33,094 bases of DNA from a virus (taxonomy: Duplodnaviria; Caudoviricetes). Below the pieces are notes generated by a model that saw only the letters and a list, made by a program, of their open reading frames with translations, did no database searches and had not been told where the DNA came from. The stretch covers positions 1 to 33,094 of IMG/VR virus record IMGVR_UViG_3300022752_000237. One strand, written 5' to 3'. Shown in pieces: positions 25,488 to 33,094 of this stretch (positions are counted from its first letter, which is position 1; every line of letters begins with the position of its first letter). Made by a program: the position numbers and the translations under genes.

Positions 25488-27393
25488 TTTTACTATGCCT
25501 TAATATGCTTGAGATATAACTATCGAGTTGATGATTATAAGCGATCTCTTGAATTTCTTTTACTGCTTCTTCATTTGAGTCTACTGGATTAGAAATATAA
25601 TCTGATATTTTGTCATTCCAATTCTCTGGGCTTTCGTTAGCAATAATGATATGAGAAATTTGTTCTGCTATTTCTTTTTGTTGATTGCTCATTTTTTTAA
25701 TGTTATGCATTTCTCTTAATTTTGCACCCACTTCTTCTTCTAATTTTTGAGCTTTAGAGAGATTTTCTTTAATTTTTAATACGCTATATTTTTCATCAAA
25801 AGAAGCTTTTGATTGTTGTCCTTGACCGATTGGTTTAACATTTTTAGTGCTTTGAGGAATTCCAGTTGATCCAGAAGGTCTTCCAGCACCTGCACTTTGA
25901 GCTCCACCAATTAATGGTTGATAAAATCCTTGTTCCCTTAAATCTTTATATTTTTGTTGTGACTCAAGTGATTCTTCATTGGTTGGAAGCCTACCTGTTT
26001 CGATAGCTTTTAGTCCTTCTTCTGGAGTTAAGATGCCAAGTTCCATTAATCTATTAAATATTCTAGAATATTGAACATCATCTTTAAGATCAATATCTTC
26101 AAAGACTGGTTCTGGATAATTTTTAAAACCAAGATCTTTGCTTATTCTGCGGATTTCTGGAACTAAAAATTCAGTAATAAAAGTTTGGCGAGCTTGCTTT
26201 AATCTTTCCATGAATACTTGGACTTTGATACTTGTATTAGCAAATTTTTCACTACCAATAAGAATATTATTTAATCCAATTTGAATATCTCTGTCTACAA
26301 CTTCATATTTTTCTGGACCAATTAGATTACCAATTTCTGGAATAACAAATTGAGCTTTTGTTGTATAATCTGCAATAAGAACTCTACCAATACTTTGATT
26401 TTCAAAAAGAGTCCTCATTGCTTCAAGATTCTTTTGATTAATACCGCCATTATCTGGAGTATCTCCCATAGTAATTAAAAGAACAGCTTGTTGCATAGTT
26501 CTAGTAATTGCCATATCCATTTTTTTCATCTCAGCTTTCCAATTAATATCTTCTAATACTGGAAAACCCATAGGAACAGCAAATGGCTCATAGTCTTGCT
26601 TCTTGTAAAATACAGCTGCAATCTTATCTCTTTCTAATGGAATACTTAATATTCCTATGCCTTTTTGCATTACTAGATTTTGAGTTTCTTTTGGTAAACT
26701 ATTAAATACTTCCTTGTCTTCATCTGTTTTTGGATTCTTTAATCTCTCTAATTCATAATCACTTAGAATCTTATAATATCTACCAACTGCAAAATTAATA
26801 CTTCCACCAATTTGAATATCTGCTGGATTTAAAACAATATATCTTGCTGGTAAACTAACAGAAGCTTTGCTTGTTAAGCCAAATGTTTGAGTGATTTTAC
26901 TTATGTCAGAATCTTGAATTTGAGTATCGAACCTATAAAGAAATACATTGCCAGAACGATAATATTCTCTGAAAAATTTATCTTGTAGGTCAGATATATT
27001 TATCTTTTTAAAAAGTGCAGAAAAGAAATCTCTGCTTTTTTGACTTCCACCTTGAAAATATATATGACTTGAACTAAATTCTGTCATTAAATCAATAGTA
27101 TTACGGAAAATTGCAAAGTTATAATAGCATTTTTGACAAAGAATAACAGCATCTCTAATATTGATATTTGAACTGCCTTTAATACCAGTAGAATATTTAA
27201 AAGGTATCAATCCATCATCAATATTCTTATATCTTTCAGTTCTTACTATATTTCCAGCTAAATTTCTTCTAGATCTTGTATCATCTGACGCTTTTGCTTC
27301 ATACATTTTACTAGTACTAGCTTCGGATACCATTAGAGGTTGAATATCGCTATTTTTAGCGATTTTTGTTTTATTTTGATTTTTTTTAGACAT
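25483..27393 (-). CDS. Portal protein
   Basis: 636 aa immediately downstream of TerL. Portal-like patterns 'IFRNTIDLMTEF', 'EYYRSGNVFLY' and 'L.ELGILTPEEG'. Confidence 0.8.
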   Translation of the reverse strand: MSKKNQNKTKIAKNSDIQPLMVSEASTSKMYEAKASDDTRSRRNLAGNIVRTERYKNIDDGLIPFKYSTGIKGSSNINIRDAVILCQKCYYNFAIFRNTIDLMTEFSSSHIYFQGGSQKSRDFFSALFKKINISDLQDKFFREYYRSGNVFLYRFDTQIQDSDISKITQTFGLTSKASVSLPARYIVLNPADIQIGGSINFAVGRYYKILSDYELERLKNPKTDEDKEVFNSLPKETQNLVMQKGIGILSIPLERDKIAAVFYKKQDYEPFAVPMGFPVLEDINWKAEMKKMDMAITRTMQQAVLLITMGDTPDNGGINQKNLEAMRTLFENQSIGRVLIADYTTKAQFVIPEIGNLIGPEKYEVVDRDIQIGLNNILIGSEKFANTSIKVQVFMERLKQARQTFITEFLVPEIRRISKDLGFKNYPEPVFEDIDLKDDVQYSRIFNRLMELGILTPEEGLKAIETGRLPTNEESLESQQKYKDLREQGFYQPLIGGAQSAGAGRPSGSTGIPQSTKNVKPIGQGQQSKASFDEKYSVLKIKENLSKAQKLEEEVGAKLREMHNIKKMSNQQKEIAEQISHIIIANESPENWNDKISDYISNPVDSNEEAVKEIQEIAYNHQLDSYISSILRHSKI

Positions 27394-27405
27394 TTGTTTA
27401 AATTA

Positions 27406-27411
27406 TTACAC
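27406..27411 (-). promoter_or_regulatory. GTGTAA putative late-promoter hexamer
   Basis: GTGTAA-TAATTTAAACAA-ATG (12 nt) in the 19-nt TerL-portal gap. No SD. Confidence 0.65.
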
Positions 27412-27412
27412 T

Positions 27413-29257
27413 TTATGTAATCATTATAGGCGAAAAAGTTGGAATTTCTAATATTTCTGGCTGAGACATAATATCATTATAGCATTTATAACCCCAATTT
27501 GCAAGCATTAAAGCTGAATAATTGTCTTTTCTGGCTTTATTAGCAGAGGCACTTCTTTTTAAATGTTGAGGCAAATCAAAGTTTTGATTACCACGGCTAG
27601 TAGATGTATATTCAACTAAAGCACATTGTTTCTTAGTTTGATATATGAAATCATCTTGATTTTCTATAAAATCTAAAGTAGTCCAATCTTTCTTGTCTTC
27701 TGTGCGGATTAAACTTAAATTAGCATTACTATTCATTACTTTATTAAAGAAATCTTCATTACCACCAGTATTAGAAGCAAACCAAATTTTCTTATAATCA
27801 ATACAAGCTTGTAAATATTCATTACCTTTTCTAATAAAATTGCTAGTAAATACTTGATTAATAGCTATTCTACCATCTTGTAAATTGTATTTATTCCTAA
27901 TATCCCGTATCATTAAATCATAATCTAGACCCTCTAAATCTGAATTAAAATCCAATAATTTAATATTTAATTTATCTTTTTTAAATAGCTCTGATTCATT
28001 ACAGCTAGACAAGAATACATCTGAACCCGCATTATCAAGTATGATAAATATAATATTAAAATGAGTCATTATATAATGAAAATATGCAACATGATTTTTT
28101 AAATTACCTAAGCCAGCATAAGTATGGACTAATGTTGAAGTTTTTGTATCTTCATCTATTTCTAATACTGCCATAGCAAAATAATCCGCATTTGGACTAT
28201 CGCTCATATTAGGATCGATTCCAAGAATATATTTTTTAGATGATTCACCTTTTAAAAGAGTATGAGGTTTTTCTCCTAATTTCAAGGTACATTCTTCCAT
28301 CTTTTTTGCATTAAAATAACTATCGCTACCATCCGTAAATCGAGCACAATATTCTCTAAGGAAACTACTATGACTTGATCCGCCAGCTTGAGCTTCTTCA
28401 ATAATTGTTTTATCGATCATTTCTTCTGGCAAAGCTTCATAGCTTAATTGACTTACAAAGTATTTTGCTTCGCCTTGTTCTTTTTCTATGATTTTTGCAC
28501 ACCATTCTGAATATGTTTTGTAAAGATTTTCAAAAGTATAACTAGCAGAAGACAATGCTACCATTTTACTTGTGTTTTCAAATACCATTCTATCTTCTTC
28601 TTTCATTAAGCCTTCTTCAATTAATTTGTCTTCAAATTCTCGTATCTCCATTCTCTCTTTGATGTTTTGTGGAGCTACTAAGAATGGCATTAATACATTT
28701 TTAATAATTTCTTCTGGAAGCAAAAGAAACTCGTCAAGCACAAGAATATTAGCGCGGAATCCTCGAATTTTTTCTCCGTTAAGAGGAATAGCTACTATAC
28801 TTCCACCATTAATTTGCCATTCAAATTGATCATTACGTTTTGCTTTTGCTCCAAAACATTGAGCAAGTAATTCAGCACCAGAACTTTCAACTATCTTTTC
28901 TAAATTATTAAAGATAAATCTAGCAGTTCTAAATGTTGGACCAGCTATAAGAATTTTAGTATTTGGTTCAAATACACACTGAAGAAAACAAAATACTGCA
29001 GCAATAAATGACTTACCGCAACCACGACCAAAGACGCACATATTAAAATTTCTATTCATTAATGCTTTAAGATGGATTTCTTGGTAAGGAGCTAGCTTTA
29101 CTCCACTAATAAGTTCTGTTGTAAACCCAAGATTTGCTCTAAGAAATTTTGCTAAACTAATTTTAGCCTCTTTATCATTAAGATAGCCTTTGAGTTCTGC
29201 TAGTTCAGCATTTACATCTTTAACTTCTCTAATATATTTTTCTGGACAGTATATCAT
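27413..29257 (-). CDS. terL: Terminase large subunit
   Basis: Q-motif 'LAPYQ', Walker A GRGCGKS, Walker B LVLDE, motif III 'LSSA', RNase H-like 'LGIDP' and C-terminal 'KDNYSAL'. Confidence 0.92.
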   Translation of the reverse strand: MIYCPEKYIREVKDVNAELAELKGYLNDKEAKISLAKFLRANLGFTTELISGVKLAPYQEIHLKALMNRNFNMCVFGRGCGKSFIAAVFCFLQCVFEPNTKILIAGPTFRTARFIFNNLEKIVESSGAELLAQCFGAKAKRNDQFEWQINGGSIVAIPLNGEKIRGFRANILVLDEFLLLPEEIIKNVLMPFLVAPQNIKERMEIREFEDKLIEEGLMKEEDRMVFENTSKMVALSSASYTFENLYKTYSEWCAKIIEKEQGEAKYFVSQLSYEALPEEMIDKTIIEEAQAGGSSHSSFLREYCARFTDGSDSYFNAKKMEECTLKLGEKPHTLLKGESSKKYILGIDPNMSDSPNADYFAMAVLEIDEDTKTSTLVHTYAGLGNLKNHVAYFHYIMTHFNIIFIILDNAGSDVFLSSCNESELFKKDKLNIKLLDFNSDLEGLDYDLMIRDIRNKYNLQDGRIAINQVFTSNFIRKGNEYLQACIDYKKIWFASNTGGNEDFFNKVMNSNANLSLIRTEDKKDWTTLDFIENQDDFIYQTKKQCALVEYTSTSRGNQNFDLPQHLKRSASANKARKDNYSALMLANWGYKCYNDIMSQPEILEIPTFSPIMIT

Positions 29258-30189
29258 AATAGTTTCATATCATAAGCTAATTGAAGATCTACTTTACTAT
29301 GAAAACATTTACTTGCAAATATAGATTCAATTACTCTTTTCATTTCTTCTCTGCCATCTACAAATAAAAATTGTAGATTACTATGCTCTTGAATAAGAGA
29401 TCTTACGTTATGAAAGATATATTCTGGAGTAGCTTTAATCTTTTTGCTAATATGAGGAAGATATTGAAAGCTCAAAGCGTTAGCTAGCTTTTCTTCTACA
29501 ATAACTATAAGATTGCAGTTGTTTTTTCTAGACTTATCTATCTCATTTTTAAACCTATCAAAATTACCCGCGCTTAAAGTGCTAATGAAATCACTTAAGC
29601 TTTTTCTTTCTATATAACAACCACAATTGTCATTGCTACAAGCATAGTCTCCAAAAGATAAAGTCTTAATTTCAAATGGTATATTAAATTTAAGCCAATT
29701 TTGTTCTCTTGTATCTACGTAAATGATATCTTGTGAAGATAATTTATTTTTAAATTGATTGGTTATTGCATTTGGGTGAATATATTTATTTTCTAATCCT
29801 ACTTCAGAACATAATCGATAGTAGTCCTCAAATATTTGATTATAAGAAATTACAGATGGACTCATTATTGTTCTAAGCTCTATTTGAGTTGGAGAATATA
29901 TTAGGTTCTTTTCGTTTTTTCTTTTTACCAAAAGATTCTTGCAGTAGTCTTGAGCTTCTTCTAATGGCTGCTGTTTTAGCCATTTCTTCATGTTATTCTT
30001 ATCATTAAAATCGCTATTTAAGTATTGTTCTTTTGTTTTAAATAATATAACATCTCCAGTTAATAAATCTTTCTTGGGAAAATAAGTGTGATAGTATTTT
30101 TCTTTATTTAAACCATATCCCCTAAGAGCAAGATGAAGACTTTTTTCATCTTTGAACTCTTTACCATCTACTTTACATATTACGCTCAT
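29254..30189 (-). CDS. ERCC4/XPF-family nuclease
   Basis: ERCC4 signature VDTREQ...GDY...IERKS..DF. The N-terminus has a degenerate C2H2-like segment. Confidence 0.8.
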   Translation of the reverse strand: MSVICKVDGKEFKDEKSLHLALRGYGLNKEKYYHTYFPKKDLLTGDVILFKTKEQYLNSDFNDKNNMKKWLKQQPLEEAQDYCKNLLVKRKNEKNLIYSPTQIELRTIMSPSVISYNQIFEDYYRLCSEVGLENKYIHPNAITNQFKNKLSSQDIIYVDTREQNWLKFNIPFEIKTLSFGDYACSNDNCGCYIERKSLSDFISTLSAGNFDRFKNEIDKSRKNNCNLIVIVEEKLANALSFQYLPHISKKIKATPEYIFHNVRSLIQEHSNLQFLFVDGREEMKRVIESIFASKCFHSKVDLQLAYDMKLL

Positions 30190-31280
30190 CCATTTAAAAT
30201 CTCATCTCTAGAGATTCCTAATATCTTGCATTTTATTTCTTCCATTGTAGATAATCTATCTATCTCTTTTTCAATAGTTTTCTTTCTCATTTCGGCCATC
30301 TTTAAAAGTTTAGCTCTACTCTCTTCTTCTTTCCACATCTGAACAAGATTTATAACTGATGCGGTTTCTTTTACTTGCTTGCTTAATTTATCGCTACGTT
30401 TTACCTTAAGATCATTGTTTAATTTTTGCTGACGATTTACGCAATCATTATATTCTTTTCTAGCTGTACTACTGGCTTCGACAAGAGCCATTGGGATCTT
30501 ACCATCTTCTTGCATGGAGAGCTCAATTTGATGTTGTAGTACATTAATTGTTTGTTGAATATTAGAAGATATAACAACTTCTGTACAAAGCACAATATAT
30601 TGATCTACTTCTTCTTGAGAAAGGTCTCCTTTGTCGTAAGTATATCTAACAAAACTACTTTCAAAAAGTTCTCTATCAGCTTCATTATCATAAATGTTCA
30701 TTTGATGAATAAATCTATGAGTATTCATGTAACTAATGAGTGAATTAATTTCTTTTTTATGTTTATGGGTAAGTTTGTTTTTATCAATACCATCTAAAAC
30801 ATATTTATTAATTTTAACTATCATTCTTTCTTCACTACGAGGTGGCTTATATCCTTCTGTTGCTGCGTTTTCGTTTTCTGTATTATTGAATTTGATATTA
30901 CTGGGTATATTTTTCATATACTCCAAAACACTTCTAGTTTCTTGGCATAAATTAGTTAAGGATTCATTTTTAAATAGTATCTTTGACATTTCAAGCCCTG
31001 TCATTGTATGACAATTGTTACTAATGTATTCTTTTTGTTCTATAGATAATTCAATAAGTCCTTTAGCTTGATACTCATGACTCTTCTTAGGTTTAATTTG
31101 TCTACTAGCTAAAAAATTTTTAACAGCTTTTCCCTCTTTGCTTCTGCCATCTAAATCATCTCTTCCAAAAGCTAATTGAACTAACTCTACTAATGATGGT
31201 GGATTATCGGTACGGTTATTCCATTCATTTAATAGTTTTAATTGTTGTTCTTCTGTTAAAATTGGAATATCTTCGCTCAT
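30186..31280 (-). CDS. Hypothetical DNA-binding/coiled-coil protein; terminase small subunit candidate
   Basis: Two 'L(T/S).EQ' HTH-like units at the N-terminus and a long C-terminal coiled coil. Translationally coupled upstream of the nuclease and TerL. Confidence 0.45.
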   Translation of the reverse strand: MSEDIPILTEEQQLKLLNEWNNRTDNPPSLVELVQLAFGRDDLDGRSKEGKAVKNFLASRQIKPKKSHEYQAKGLIELSIEQKEYISNNCHTMTGLEMSKILFKNESLTNLCQETRSVLEYMKNIPSNIKFNNTENENAATEGYKPPRSEERMIVKINKYVLDGIDKNKLTHKHKKEINSLISYMNTHRFIHQMNIYDNEADRELFESSFVRYTYDKGDLSQEEVDQYIVLCTEVVISSNIQQTINVLQHQIELSMQEDGKIPMALVEASSTARKEYNDCVNRQQKLNNDLKVKRSDKLSKQVKETASVINLVQMWKEEESRAKLLKMAEMRKKTIEKEIDRLSTMEEIKCKILGISRDEILNG

Positions 31281-31957
31281 GATATATCAATATCTCCATT
31301 GTATAAATGTTTTTTAACTTTTGTTATGATTGCTTTTTTAATGTTTTTAATTTGCTTATATCCTGCCATTCTATTTTTTTCTGTAGTTTTGTAGCCCATT
31401 AATTTTGCTGTTTGTTCTTCGTTCTTGTTTTCTATATAAAGATAAGTATATACTTTCCATTCTATAGGTTTTAAAACTTGTTCCATTTTCTTATGAGTAT
31501 TTGAAACGCTTTGTTCAATGTTAAAATTTTCGTTTGGAATCTCATGTATTTCTTGAACATGATTTTCTAAACTTAAAGTTAATTTAGTATCATGAGCATT
31601 CTTTTTGCTTTTTGACCAGTTTGCATAAAGAGGACAATTCGCACATTGTTTTTGATAAATTGCACAACCATCATCTGCTTCTGCTGCAGAACATTTAAGA
31701 CAAGGTCTGGTATAGTTGCTATAATTGTTTCGTATTAAATTTTTAATTTGATTACTTATAATACGATTAACCCAAGGAGCTAATGGTTTTGTTGGATTAT
31801 ATAAATGCCATTTTCTATAAATATGAAATCTTAAAATTTGAGAAACATCTGCAAAATCCATCCAAGCAATAGCTGTCAAATTCCACTTATTTTTTCTTTT
31901 TAAAATTTCAGTGTTTATTTCATCAATTCTATCTTCAAACTTTGTTTTCTTAGCCAT
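31277..31957 (-). CDS. Phage ECF-like RNA polymerase sigma factor with a Cys-rich insertion
   Basis: Region-2-like 'DFADVSQ...IYRKWHLYNP.KPLAPWVNRIISNQIKNLIR' and region-4-like 'LKPIEWKVY.YLYIENK...QTAKLMG', with Cx2Cx8Cx6Cx2C between them. Confidence 0.7.
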   Translation of the reverse strand: MAKKTKFEDRIDEINTEILKRKNKWNLTAIAWMDFADVSQILRFHIYRKWHLYNPTKPLAPWVNRIISNQIKNLIRNNYSNYTRPCLKCSAAEADDGCAIYQKQCANCPLYANWSKSKKNAHDTKLTLSLENHVQEIHEIPNENFNIEQSVSNTHKKMEQVLKPIEWKVYTYLYIENKNEEQTAKLMGYKTTEKNRMAGYKQIKNIKKAIITKVKKHLYNGDIDIS

Positions 31958-32447
31958 CTATTTCTTTCCTATTTCTTGCATAAGATGGTCTTAAAGTTCC
32001 AGCTTCCGCCTTAAATTGATTTAAGAATTCTGAATTTTTTTGCTTGTTCTTTTTGGGTACAGCTTTACCCTTTTTTGTTTTAGTTGGCTTAATGTTTTCA
32101 GTACTAGAGAAAGCTTCTTCTGGAAGATTTGAGATTATATCTCCCATTCTAATTTTAGTAGGTCTAACTTCGCTTATTTCAATATCAATTTTATTTATGT
32201 TTGGCACATAATCAACATTACCAGTATCTTCATTATCATCGTAATCGTAATCTTCATCTATATTTGATTTAACTTGTTTTTGAATATTTTGGGGTCTTTG
32301 AGGTTTTGTAAATGTGGGTCTTTCCATTTGTACCTTATTAACTACAATAGTTTTATCAAATGATTTTCCACATGAACTGCAAAATTTAGGTTTTAAACTG
32401 GTATACGAGGTAGGAGATCCACAATCTTGACAATATATCTTTAACAT
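31950..32447 (-). CDS. Zinc-ribbon protein
   Basis: N-terminal CQDCG...KFCSSCG, followed by a low-complexity charged tail. Confidence 0.7.
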   Translation of the reverse strand: MLKIYCQDCGSPTSYTSLKPKFCSSCGKSFDKTIVVNKVQMERPTFTKPQRPQNIQKQVKSNIDEDYDYDDNEDTGNVDYVPNINKIDIEISEVRPTKIRMGDIISNLPEEAFSSTENIKPTKTKKGKAVPKKNKQKNSEFLNQFKAEAGTLRPSYARNRKEIDG

Positions 32448-32456
32448 AATATATAT

Positions 32457-32485
32457 ATTATACTATATATATTAATAAAATTCAA
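32457..32485 (-). promoter_or_regulatory. Host sigma70-like promoter TTGAAT-N17-TATAAT
   Basis: Perfect -10 box, 4/6 -35 box, 17-nt spacer. The ATG is only 9 nt after the -10 box (near-leaderless). Confidence 0.6.
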
Positions 32486-32492
32486 AACATTA

Positions 32493-33094
32493 TTAATTCA
32501 ATTCTTCAAATTTTTCTATAATATAAGCTAAAATATCATTTCTCATGATATCTTCTCTACCGAATTTAAATGTGCATATTCCCTTATCGTTACTTTTTTT
32601 GTCGTCAAATAAATTGTATATTTTTTCAAAACCACTATTTTTAATATCTGCTTGACGAATATCTCCAATTAATATCAATTTACTGAACCTACCCATTCTT
32701 GTGGTGATTAATAATAAATCATGAACACTTAAATTTTGAGCTTCGTCACATATAATATAACTAGCATTAATACTCAAACCGCGAAGAAATCCTACTGGTA
32801 ATCCTTTAACACGTTCTTGTTTTAATAGCATTTCTACTTGATTTTTTGGAAGCAATTCATAAAGCTTGTCCATTAATGGTTGAAGATAAGGATCTAATTT
32901 GCTGTGAAGATCGCCTTTAAGAAAGCCTAAATTGTGAGAAGAACTTTCTACAGGATTACGAACATAAAATATTTCGCCAATTTTTTTCTGATTTATAGCA
33001 TTTAGAGCTGCATATACGCTAAGTAAACTTTTGGCTGTTCCTGCTGGGCCTTTACAGAAAACCATTTTAGTGTTCTTATCTTGAAGTAATTGAA
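32493..33094 (-). CDS. phoH: PhoH-family ATPase (5'-truncated by the window edge)
   Basis: GPAGTAKS, 'LGFLKGDL..K..PY', 'FLRG', DEAQN, 'GD..QAD'. The frame stays open from 33065 to the edge. Confidence 0.9.
   Translation of the reverse strand, partial: QLLQDKNTKMVFCKGPAGTAKSLLSVYAALNAINQKKIGEIFYVRNPVESSSHNLGFLKGDLHSKLDPYLQPLMDKLYELLPKNQVEMLLKQERVKGLPVGFLRGLSINASYIICDEAQNLSVHDLLLITTRMGRFSKLILIGDIRQADIKNSGFEKIYNLFDDKKSNDKGICTFKFGREDIMRNDILAYIIEKFEELN

Noticed and set aside
27161-31011. Plus-strand ORFs 27161..27343, 28572..28829, 30133..30342, 30552..30743 and 30736..31011
   Set aside because: Antisense to the portal, terminase and coupled operon genes, with no independent support.
32448-32473. 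Inverted repeat AATATATATA-N6-TATATATATT around the -10 box
   Set aside because: TA dinucleotide runs are self-complementary by nature, so this cannot be distinguished from low complexity. An operator role is not excluded.
1-33094. Alternative genetic code, introns or inteins
   Set aside because: Standard-code ORFs tile the window almost completely. TerL, portal and MCP have ordinary lengths, and I saw no intein or intron signatures.

Overview
This is an AT-rich (roughly 30% GC by eye), gene-dense segment of a large tailed dsDNA phage (Caudoviricetes). The host is probably a diderm bacterium, given the muramidase, several lipoproteins and a spanin-like pair. On the minus strand, from the right end: partial PhoH; a coupled operon of Zn-ribbon protein, ECF-like sigma factor with a Cys-rich insert, TerS-like protein, ERCC4 nuclease and terminase large subunit; then the portal. 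An 8-kb plus-strand block of three virion/tail genes follows (RCC1-propeller protein and two fibre proteins). The minus strand then resumes with a DUF5824-like protein, prohead protease/scaffold, capsid decoration protein and major capsid protein with a strong terminator. After these come fibre, LamG and beta-propeller appendage genes and an expanded lysis-like cassette that contains a tandem trypsin-like protease. The most notable unannotated structure is regulatory. A GTGTAW hexamer precedes 11 structural or lysis genes and is a likely late promoter for the phage sigma factor, often giving near-leaderless mRNAs. All three plus-strand genes also share a 15-nt leader, ATGAWAGGTAWAAGG, that reads as an M[KI]G[KI]R mini-ORF. 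Several virion proteins are strongly enriched in Ser/Thr-Gly. I saw no tRNA, rRNA, CRISPR array, integrase or transposase. All protein calls come from motif recognition by eye, not from database searches.
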